17,612 nt of DNA from a candidate division WOR-3 bacterium. Lineage in GTDB: Bacteria > Hydrothermota > Tepidihabitantia > SM23-42 > CAYGYG01. The stretch is from positions 1-17,612 of the forward strand of contig CBFGIV010000049.1 of the NCBI GenBank assembly GCA_965648915.1, written 5' to 3'. Every line of letters begins with the position of its first letter. Position 1 is the first letter of the stretch. The notes beneath the pieces are model-generated. The model had not been told where the DNA came from and did not search any database. It saw nothing but the letters and a program-made list of their open reading frames with translations. Positions 1 to 7,684 of the stretch are shown one piece after another. The position numbers and the translations under genes are program-made.

Positions 1-2
1 AA

Positions 3-176
3 GAAGAAGTTATTTGGCTTAATGAATTTGAGACCTTAGAGGAAGCGAAAGCGAAGATTGGCAAATGGATTGAGCATGACTATAACAAGCTGTATGTCCA
101 CTCCGAGCTTGGTTACCTGAGTCCGGAGGAGTTTGAATCTCTATATGACGGCGATTGGTTGAAAAAAGCGGTATGA
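3..176 (+). CDS. IS3-family transposase (OrfB/integrase core), partial C-terminus
   Basis: Hand translation: EEVIWLNEFETLEEAKAKIGKWIEHDYNKLYVHSELGYLSPEEFESLYDGDWLKKAV*. It carries the IS3 tail motif YN-x(4)-HS-x-LGY-x-SP-xx-FE. Not in the ORF track because the start codon lies outside the window. Confidence 0.92.
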   Translation, partial: EEVIWLNEFETLEEAKAKIGKWIEHDYNKLYVHSELGYLSPEEFESLYDGDWLKKAV

Positions 177-200
177 AAACTATACACAAAAAGGGCATTA

Positions 201-230
201 AAAGTGTCTTGACTTTAGGGGCGCACTACA
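201..230 (+). repeat. Right terminal inverted repeat of the IS3-family element (inner boundary approximate)
   Basis: AAAGTGTCTTGACTTTAGGGGCGCACTACA ends in CA and contains an outward-facing -35-like TTGACT (209-214), as is typical of an IS3-family IRR. The partner IR is outside the window. Confidence 0.75.
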
Positions 231-233
231 GAC

Positions 234-261
234 TTGACAACTTGAATATTTAGATTAAAAT
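234..261 (+). promoter_or_regulatory. sigma70-type promoter for the secreted-protein cluster
   Basis: TTGACA (234-239), 16 nt, TAAAAT (256-261), upstream of ATG 324. Confidence 0.65.
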
Positions 262-323
262 TAAAACAATATTCAATATTTACTTGTATTTTGAATTTTA
301 AGTGCAAAATTAAAGAAAGTCTT

Positions 324-2267
324 ATGAAAATTTTGATAAGAATAACATTTTTAATCCCATTGATTCTTTTCGGTCAACAACTCTGGCCTGGGACGACCGA
401 TCCCTCTAAGAATCGGCATCTGGTAAGGGAATTGGGTACTCAAAATTTACACTGCGTTTTCTTGGGTCAAAATGATGAAGTCTATTACAGCTTCTCGTCA
501 GACGGTGGATACAAATGGATCGGCCCGGAACTTGTTTTTGCAGGCCCCGCAGATACTCCGGCTCTATGCTTAGTCAATTTAATAGTAGGCGTTTCATTCC
601 CATGTATAACATTCCATTTTGTTGATCCAGAAATAGGTGATTGTTTAGGATATCGCTATCGTTCACCCTCAGGTTGGTTGGGATTTGATTTCACTGCTAG
701 CCCAAATCATCTCCTCCAGCCGACTATTTCATCGAGAGATGATACAGTATATATTGCTTATGCTGTATGGTTTTGGAATCAGCCTGAAAAAAATAGGCGA
801 TTGGCATCTTCAAATAAAAAGGTTTTTCGTCTGAAATATAATATTAAAGGAGATATTGTTGACTATGTAAGATTTCGATATGATGAAACCGAACCCATAC
901 AGGAGGTATATCCTTTAGATGGGCAGGCATCAGAGAATCCATCTATTACTGTTGATGGAAATTTAAATTTACATGTATGCTGGAATCATGCAGCAAATGC
1001 AGGAGATCTTGATGTCTGGTATCGGAAAAGAGAATTGATTAATGACGCATTTTATTGGATACCTCCACTTGATCAACCACCCTGGAGAGTTTATTCTTCA
1101 CCAAGCATTCCTTCAGACCAGGCATTTATTGAATCTTATGGTGATTCAATATTTATAGTTTGGAGTGAAGAGGAGACGCCTGGTTCAAGAAATAGTCGAG
1201 AGATCTACGAAGCCAAAGATCGAATAACGTTGGGTAAGTTACCTATATGGTTGTTCCACCGTCCATTACCCACACCCAATACAGCATCAGAGTTGCCCTG
1301 CAAGGCGTGGCGTGAATTTATTGTCTGGGCAGAAGAAAAATCGGCACCATTCATAAATTTTGACATTGCTTACTGGAGTCCTACCTGGGGTTCTGGTTTT
1401 ATATACGAATCTGATGCTGTCTCATATTCACCAAGTGCGGCTATACGAAATCCACCAGAGTCATTCTGGGATGAACTTTACACTTTATGGTCCGAGAATC
1501 CTGATCAGCCGAATGAAATAGTCTGCTTTGATCACAGAGTCTTCGGTAAAGGTCGAACCGAACCGCTTATTTATTACGGAGTTCAATGTGGTAAAAAAAC
1601 TCCATCGCCCTATTGTCTGAAACGAACTGGTTTTATTACATACCCTAACTACTCAATCGATTTTAGTTATGATACACTAAAGTATACTTTGCCTTTCTTA
1701 AATTCATATCACAAAATATCATACAAACTTTTTTCTCTAATCTACTTCGAAGGCACAGAAGAACATAGTGAGAAGATATTTATTGATGACCTTTACCTTG
1801 GCACTTACAAATTCAGACCTAACAGATTAGAAACACTCTGTGTATCAATCCCATATTCAGCATATAGAGACGACCGGAAAGTAGTATTGACCATTCTTAA
1901 CGAAAGCGGAAAATTCGCTTCACGTGCTTTAATGAAACTCTACCAGATCGAACGGCCAATTGGTGGAAAAAATGAAGAACAAGAGAAATGTTTATCTAAG
2001 ATTTCTGATCAACTTCAGTTGCACGTTTATACAGATTCAAAATACGAAAAGGCTCAAATCAGTTATTATCTACCAGGTAACTCTTACAGCATTTGTAAAG
2101 TTTACGATATTATGGGCCGATGTCTTAAGACCCTCACTCAAAACACTCGTGCCAAAGGTCGCCACACCTTTGTAATGAACATTGGTAATTTATCTAATGG
2201 TATTTACTTTATACGATTGGAATACGGCAAAGTTTCTATCTCAAAGAAGATGGTAATTATGAGATAA
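324..2267 (+). CDS. Secreted beta-propeller protein (Asp-box/BNR-like) with T9SS type A-like C-terminal sorting domain
   Basis: ATG 324 is preferred over TTG 291 because it begins a signal peptide (MKILIRITFLIPLILFG). Asp-box YYSFSSDGGYKW; repeated blade motifs (QPTISSRDDTVYIAY, NPSITVDGNLNLHVCW, QAFIESYGDSIFIVW); CTD signature VYDIMGR...LSNGIYFIRL...SKKMVIMR. Confidence 0.8.
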   Translation: MKILIRITFLIPLILFGQQLWPGTTDPSKNRHLVRELGTQNLHCVFLGQNDEVYYSFSSDGGYKWIGPELVFAGPADTPALCLVNLIVGVSFPCITFHFVDPEIGDCLGYRYRSPSGWLGFDFTASPNHLLQPTISSRDDTVYIAYAVWFWNQPEKNRRLASSNKKVFRLKYNIKGDIVDYVRFRYDETEPIQEVYPLDGQASENPSITVDGNLNLHVCWNHAANAGDLDVWYRKRELINDAFYWIPPLDQPPWRVYSSPSIPSDQAFIESYGDSIFIVWSEEETPGSRNSREIYEAKDRITLGKLPIWLFHRPLPTPNTASELPCKAWREFIVWAEEKSAPFINFDIAYWSPTWGSGFIYESDAVSYSPSAAIRNPPESFWDELYTLWSENPDQPNEIVCFDHRVFGKGRTEPLIYYGVQCGKKTPSPYCLKRTGFITYPNYSIDFSYDTLKYTLPFLNSYHKISYKLFSLIYFEGTEEHSEKIFIDDLYLGTYKFRPNRLETLCVSIPYSAYRDDRKVVLTILNESGKFASRALMKLYQIERPIGGKNEEQEKCLSKISDQLQLHVYTDSKYEKAQISYYLPGNSYSICKVYDIMGRCLKTLTQNTRAKGRHTFVMNIGNLSNGIYFIRLEYGKVSISKKMVIMR

Positions 2268-2303
2268 GAAATTGACTTGTGGTGCTTAGCTTAAGGAAAG
2301 CAA

Positions 2304-4073
2304 ATGGTACGCATTTTTTTCTTTCTATTTTCTATCCAGCCTATCTGTTTTAAGCAGTACTTTTATATCCCAATGTTTGGTATAACCTGGAATTCGGGAC
2401 ACATAAAGGGATATGATGCAAACCAGGATGGTTTTAACGACCTCATCTTTACCGACTTTCAGAAAGATACTACAAGAGTTTGCTTTTATTCTTACCACCC
2501 ACTCAATATCTTTAAACTTAAAGACTCGATACTTAAGATTGGTCCTCAGGGTCGTGATGATTTCTGGGACATTAATCTCTCTGATGGTGATAGTCTGGTT
2601 GACATAGTAACCAAAGGGTTAGAACTCGATACTACAATTTATACAGCGAACATAACTATCTACGAATCAAGAGATATAAATAGTTATCCAAAAAAGAAAG
2701 CCTGGCGCTGGCATTATCCAATAAATACGGGAAACTGGTGCGTTCCAGTTTATTTTACTGACCTTGACCAAGACAGCAAAAAGGAAATACTTTTTACAGG
2801 AAATCCAGGAACAATTATCTACATTTTTGAAAATATTGCAAACGATTTATTTGTGCCTGTTTACTGTTGTTCAATCGTTGAAATAAACCCTTATGGTTCT
2901 GGTTTTTTTGCCTATGCTGATTTTGACAATGATGGCAAGTTTGAGTTTATTACTACTTGCACAAGCAGCCAGAGGGTGCCAAATTTTTTTATTTGGGAAT
3001 GCCGGGGCGACGATCAATATCTTCTTGCCCGTATGGATTCGTTCTCACTTTTAGTCAACTCTTATGACTGTATTACTACTGATGATCTTGACCAAGACGG
3101 TCGTCCTGAAGTAATTGTTGGCTCTTATTGGGGAACAAATGCCGGTACTTGCACGGGATGTTTATCCATTTTTGAAGCGGTTGGCGACAACAATTTTGAA
3201 AGAGTATTTGTTGATTCAATTCCTAATCTACCGTATCATAATTGGGCTTATCATACTCACAATGATGCTGGCGATGTGGATGGCGACGGTAGAGACGAAC
3301 TAATCTGGGCGGTTGGTTGTAATTGGTATATTTACGAAGCAATCGGCAATGATAAATATGAAAGGGTTTATCAGGGTTATGACCCTGAAAACTATCATAA
3401 TACAACAAATATCCATATTTATGACTTAAACAAAAACGGTTATCCTGAGATTATTGAATCCGGTGGTAACGAGACCCATATCTTTGAAATTTCACCCGTA
3501 GATCTCTTTTATCCTGAAAATGGTGAAAGTCTGATCGCAGGAAGATTAGATAGTATCCTCTGGCATCGTTATATGCCGCCGGGGGCAGATTCTTTCTCTA
3601 TCTATCTTTCTTTTGACCGGGGCATGAGCTGGAATTTAGTTGCCCATGGCATACCAGGCACGGATTCTATCTACCACTGGAATCTGCCAGATACGACTGC
3701 TATCTGGTGTCAGATAGCAATTCTTGCCTTTGGACCGGTTACCCGATGGGATAAAGGTGATTATTTCTTTTCTATATACAAATCTACAGATATAAACGAA
3801 ATTTTAACAGAAGAGCCATCGGTCAAATTCGAAATAATACCAAATCCCTCAAAAATGAGTTTTAATCTAACGATTACTGGAAATAGCAGTATAACCAACG
3901 CAAAGATCTACAACATTTCCGGACAGGCGATAAAAAAATTGAAAATTGCAAATGGTCATGCCTGCTGGAACGGCTTTGACGAGAATGGTGGTATGTGCCC
4001 TTCGGGCATTTATTTTATGATAGTTGATAACAATAATAATCTAATTAAAAAGAAACTGGTGAAGATAAGATGA
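2304..4073 (+). CDS. FG-GAP/VCBS repeat beta-propeller protein with Ig-like domain and T9SS/FlgD-like C-terminal domain
   Basis: Seven DxDxDG-type Ca-binding repeats (DANQDGFNDL, DGDSLVDI, DLDQDSKKEI, DFDNDGKFEF, DLDQDGRPEV, DVDGDGRDEL, DLNKNGYPEI); Ig-like segment PENGE...LSFDRGMSW; CTD IIPNP...IYNISGQ...WNGFDENG...SGIYF...KKLVKIR; hydrophobic N-terminus. Confidence 0.88.
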   Translation: MVRIFFFLFSIQPICFKQYFYIPMFGITWNSGHIKGYDANQDGFNDLIFTDFQKDTTRVCFYSYHPLNIFKLKDSILKIGPQGRDDFWDINLSDGDSLVDIVTKGLELDTTIYTANITIYESRDINSYPKKKAWRWHYPINTGNWCVPVYFTDLDQDSKKEILFTGNPGTIIYIFENIANDLFVPVYCCSIVEINPYGSGFFAYADFDNDGKFEFITTCTSSQRVPNFFIWECRGDDQYLLARMDSFSLLVNSYDCITTDDLDQDGRPEVIVGSYWGTNAGTCTGCLSIFEAVGDNNFERVFVDSIPNLPYHNWAYHTHNDAGDVDGDGRDELIWAVGCNWYIYEAIGNDKYERVYQGYDPENYHNTTNIHIYDLNKNGYPEIIESGGNETHIFEISPVDLFYPENGESLIAGRLDSILWHRYMPPGADSFSIYLSFDRGMSWNLVAHGIPGTDSIYHWNLPDTTAIWCQIAILAFGPVTRWDKGDYFFSIYKSTDINEILTEEPSVKFEIIPNPSKMSFNLTITGNSSITNAKIYNISGQAIKKLKIANGHACWNGFDENGGMCPSGIYFMIVDNNNNLIKKKLVKIR

Positions 4074-4441
4074 GAAAAATAATCTTTTTGTTAATTTTCT
4101 GTTTGGTATTAGCTGAACAACCTTTTTCTGAGTTACAAAAGAGAGAAAATAGTAACGGAGATTTTGTATCTTGTATTGATAAGTATGGGGTTACGCACAC
4201 CGCCTTTATTAGAAACAATAAACTTTTTTACTTCTCAAGCGCTCAGGAAACAACCTGTTTGATAGATATTAACACAATCTTAACTAACCCGGCAATGGTT
4301 GCTTTAGAAGACACCCTATATCTTTCCTGGGAATCAGATGGAGAGAAATTTATGACGAGACGCCTCCTTCAACATCGCTTCTGGATAATGCCCCACCAGG
4401 TTTATCATATTAAAAAGCATCCTGTCTATTACCTGAGATGA
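4070..4441 (+). CDS. Small secreted hypothetical protein (beta-propeller blade-like)
   Basis: ATGA overlap with the upstream gene; signal peptide MRKIIFLLIFCLVLA; blade-like motif TNPAMVALEDTLYLSW resembles the repeats of the 324-2267 protein. Confidence 0.72.
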   Translation: MRKIIFLLIFCLVLAEQPFSELQKRENSNGDFVSCIDKYGVTHTAFIRNNKLFYFSSAQETTCLIDINTILTNPAMVALEDTLYLSWESDGEKFMTRRLLQHRFWIMPHQVYHIKKHPVYYLR

Positions 4442-4459
4442 AACAGCAAGAGGTAACTT

Positions 4460-6334
4460 ATGAGAAAATCTATTTTATTTCTAATCGGTTTAATGCTCTT
4501 AGCGGGGTATGCTGAAAATATAAAAATGGAGGTAAGGATTTATTATGGCGATAATTTCAAACTTACTAATACTCTCGGTAATTTATTAAATGACCTTGAT
4601 GTCGTCACTATCCCACAAACTTTCCTTGAGAAAAAATATCTAACTATTATCACCACGCCTGAGCAATTAAGACAAATTCAGGCAGAAGGCATCGAGGCGA
4701 GTATAACTTATGCGGATATTAGAGATAAAATCTATGCAATAACTGGCGTCAAAGAACCCAAAGAGTTCAGAGATTTTGGTTACTTTTACACCTACTGGGA
4801 GATGTGCGATTCACTCCAGGCTTGGGCAATACAATATCCCGATATATGCAGACTTTTCACTGTGGGCAAATCTCATCAGGGCTTAGATCTTCTGGCTTGT
4901 AAAATTTCTGACAATCCAAAGATTGACGAAGATGAACCGGCTACCTTGTTCACCAGTGCGGCCCACGCCCGTGAACCGATGGGGGTTACACTCTGCATGG
5001 ATTATATCAAGTACCTTTTGACCAATTATACCGTTGACTCATTTGTGAAATGGTTAGTTAATAATAGAGAGATCTATTTCTTGCCAGTAGTGAATCCCGA
5101 TGGTTATCGATACAATTCCGATTCCGGTGGAGTAACTGCTAACTGGCGTAAGAATCGGCGAGTTGTGCAAGCACCATATATTGGTGTCGATCTTGATAGA
5201 AATTACGGTTATCGTTGGGCATGGGATGACCGAGGATCAAGTCCTAACCCATCCTCTGAAACATATCGAGGACCGAGTCGGTTTTCCGAAGTCGAAACTC
5301 AGGCGTTGCGCGACTTTATGTTGGGTAAAAAGATTAGAACCAACATCGACTATCATTCTTATGGTGGTTTCAATTGCTGTGTCTGGGGTTATAGCCGAAA
5401 CTTCGAACCGATTCCGGATTCTATAATTCAATGGGAAATACTTGATTCGATGAGAAGTTACAATGGCTATATATCTTTTCCGCTCGCTCAGAATATCCCT
5501 TCAAATGGTGTTGCCATCGACTGGTCGATGGCTGACACATTCTGCAACAGCATAAGAAAATTTGTAACCTTTGCCTATGTGATTATAACCAGTGGCAACG
5601 ATTTCTGGGAAGGATGGAATGACACCAGCGTTATTAATCGGAATATCAGGCAAAACCGGCCAGTAAATATATACTTTACAAAGATTGCCGGCGTATTCTT
5701 TGACTGGCTAAGGCCGGTAATTGCTGATACAATGCTTGGTAATGGCACCGGTCAACTCGACCCGGGTGAAAGATCACACTTATGGTTTTTTGTCCGAAAC
5801 AGGTCTGTTCACGGGCTCGATTCAGCCTACAATATTTCTGCCCGATTACTTTCACTCGATACGATGATTGTGGTTGAGACAGCAAATGCTAACTTCCCAA
5901 CCATTCAAAGGAACTCCCCAGGGGATAATCGTGCATCACGATTTATAATCAGGTGCAGTCCGAATGCTCCGCCTGGCTCAAGAAAAGGGTTGCGGCTTGA
6001 AATGACTTTTAAAAATGATACCTGCACCATTATTCAGGCGGTCACTTGTTCATTGACCATCGGTAATACATCTGTTACTGAAAAAACGTATAATACACGG
6101 CCTAATTCTAAATCAAAATTCTTTCCTTCGCTGGTTCGAAAATCCTTTGTTATCCATGTGCCGGATACTGTTGATTTCATAGAATTATGCGATATCACAG
6201 GAAGAGTGAAGAAATTAGATAAGATGGAAAACATGGTTAAAATAGATATAAAAAATTTAACTTCGGGTGTTTACTTTATTAAGTTCGATACTCAAGAAAC
6301 TAAGTTTATTAAAAAATTTATAATCATAAAGTAA
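4460..6334 (+). CDS. M14 family zinc carboxypeptidase homologue (carboxypeptidase T-like) with prodomain, Ig-like domain and T9SS-like CTD; catalytic residues appear substituted
   Basis: SD GAGGT; signal peptide; motifs HAREP, PVVNPDGY, WRKNR, GVDLDRNY, YRGPSRFSEVET, DYHSY; GNGTGQLDPGE Ig-like domain; CTD DITGR...LTSGVYFIK...KKFIIIK. Confidence 0.9.
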   Translation: MRKSILFLIGLMLLAGYAENIKMEVRIYYGDNFKLTNTLGNLLNDLDVVTIPQTFLEKKYLTIITTPEQLRQIQAEGIEASITYADIRDKIYAITGVKEPKEFRDFGYFYTYWEMCDSLQAWAIQYPDICRLFTVGKSHQGLDLLACKISDNPKIDEDEPATLFTSAAHAREPMGVTLCMDYIKYLLTNYTVDSFVKWLVNNREIYFLPVVNPDGYRYNSDSGGVTANWRKNRRVVQAPYIGVDLDRNYGYRWAWDDRGSSPNPSSETYRGPSRFSEVETQALRDFMLGKKIRTNIDYHSYGGFNCCVWGYSRNFEPIPDSIIQWEILDSMRSYNGYISFPLAQNIPSNGVAIDWSMADTFCNSIRKFVTFAYVIITSGNDFWEGWNDTSVINRNIRQNRPVNIYFTKIAGVFFDWLRPVIADTMLGNGTGQLDPGERSHLWFFVRNRSVHGLDSAYNISARLLSLDTMIVVETANANFPTIQRNSPGDNRASRFIIRCSPNAPPGSRKGLRLEMTFKNDTCTIIQAVTCSLTIGNTSVTEKTYNTRPNSKSKFFPSLVRKSFVIHVPDTVDFIELCDITGRVKKLDKMENMVKIDIKNLTSGVYFIKFDTQETKFIKKFIIIK

Positions 6335-6382
6335 AAATGCCGTTAAAATATATTCTTATCTTATCGCTGCACCGCTTTATCC

Positions 6383-7567
6383 TTATTTGATTGAACTCTT
6401 TAAATTTGCAAATCCTGATGCACTAATAATGCTTATCAGGGCAATAACTGCCCAGATAAAGAGGGAGCGACCGGGGAAAAGATCAAGCAAAATTCCTCCA
6501 ACAAACGGCCCCAAAGACCAGCCCAGATGTTCGGTCAAACCAAAAAAGCCTAAATATCTCCCCTTGCGGTTTTCCGGCGCCAGGTAGGAAGCCAGAGCAG
6601 TTGATGATGGGGAAACAATCATCTCACCAAAAGTTACAATTACAATCGATAACATTAAGGTCAGCAGAGATCGATCTATCCCAACAGTAAAATAGCCCAG
6701 GCCGTACACCAATGAGCCAATAACAAGGAACCTCACCAAAAGTCTTTGTTTGAGTAACTTCGTCATTGGATACTGCAATGCAACAACCAGCAGACCGTTC
6801 AAAGAAAAGAGATAGCCCATCTCTATTTTTGATATGCCAACGCGTTCCACAACATACACCGACAGCGGCGAAACAAGTTGTCCCATAACAATATGAATCA
6901 AAGTTGCAAACAGGCATAGCTTCATAAATGAATGATCCTTAATAATTGAAAAGATATCCCTTAATCCCGGCTCTTCTCGATGATCTCTCGCCAATGACTC
7001 GTTGGTGAAGAAATGGATGATCAATGCTGACGCAAAACAGGTAATACTGGTAATGATAAAAAGTGAAGCATACGAAAGCGTCGCCAGAAAACCGCCGATT
7101 GCCGGACCGATTGCCCAACCGGCATTGGCGCCGATTCTAATTAAACCATAAGCTTCAATACGAATCTTTTGATCCGAAACATCAGCAATCATTGCGTTCG
7201 ATGCCGGCATGAAAAGTGAACCGATAATCGAATTTAAGATAAGAAAAAAAGCAACCACGAGAAAGTGGCTTTTGATATAAACGAAAAAAGCGACCAATAA
7301 AAAGGCAATACCCCGGACCAGCATCGAATATATCATCAGTGATCTCCTTCCCAGGTGATCGCTAATCTCGCCTCCCCAGATCTGAGCCAGAGCTCCAGTT
7401 GCCGCGGAGATCATCAAGATTGTGCCCACAATCTTCATCGGGACACCAAGCTCGATATGGAAATAGAGACTTATATATGGCATAGCAACCGAAAAACCGA
7501 AAGCGGCAATCATCCGTGCACAGAAGATAATCCAGATGCGTCGGTCATATTTGCGCAACAGGTTCAT
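6383..7567 (-). CDS. MFS transporter (12 TM; DHA1/MdtH-like)
   Basis: 394 aa, alternating hydrophobic helices, MFS motif A GEISDHLGRR, and NAGWAIGPAIGG / GWSLGPFVGG repeats. Confidence 0.93.
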   Translation of the reverse strand: MNLLRKYDRRIWIIFCARMIAAFGFSVAMPYISLYFHIELGVPMKIVGTILMISAATGALAQIWGGEISDHLGRRSLMIYSMLVRGIAFLLVAFFVYIKSHFLVVAFFLILNSIIGSLFMPASNAMIADVSDQKIRIEAYGLIRIGANAGWAIGPAIGGFLATLSYASLFIITSITCFASALIIHFFTNESLARDHREEPGLRDIFSIIKDHSFMKLCLFATLIHIVMGQLVSPLSVYVVERVGISKIEMGYLFSLNGLLVVALQYPMTKLLKQRLLVRFLVIGSLVYGLGYFTVGIDRSLLTLMLSIVIVTFGEMIVSPSSTALASYLAPENRKGRYLGFFGLTEHLGWSLGPFVGGILLDLFPGRSLFIWAVIALISIISASGFANLKSSIK

Positions 7568-7573
7568 TCTCTG

Positions 7574-7601
7574 ATCATATCCATTTTTTATAAATCGACA
7601 A
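7574..7601 (-). promoter_or_regulatory. Putative sigma70 promoter of the MFS gene (leaderless geometry)
   Basis: Minus strand TTGTCG (7601-7596), 16 nt, TATGAT (7579-7574), 6 nt, ATG (7567); no SD sequence. Confidence 0.5.
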
Positions 7602-7617
7602 GGGATATAATTTGATA

Positions 7618-7645
7618 TTGACTATTAATAAAATTTCGTTAACAT
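7618..7645 (+). promoter_or_regulatory. Putative sigma70 promoter of the DUF885 gene
   Basis: TTGACT (7618-7623), 16 nt, TAACAT (7640-7645), 39 nt upstream of ATG 7685. Confidence 0.55.
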
Positions 7646-7684
7646 AGAAACTGGTTTATTCTCCACGATCTTAACTTATATCCT

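Larger units (their letters stand above)
1..230 (+). mobile_element. IS3-family insertion sequence, 3' (right) end, truncated by window edge
   Basis: Transposase C-terminus at 3-176 is followed by a terminal IR-like sequence ending ...GTGTCTTGACTTTAGGGGCGCACTACA at 230. Its reverse complement begins TGTAGTGCGCCCC, fitting the 5'-TG...CA-3' ends of IS3-family elements. Confidence 0.88.

Noticed and set aside
291..323. TTG start at 291 for the first CDS
   Set aside because: ATG 324 gives a canonical signal-peptide N-terminus; the extension is not needed.
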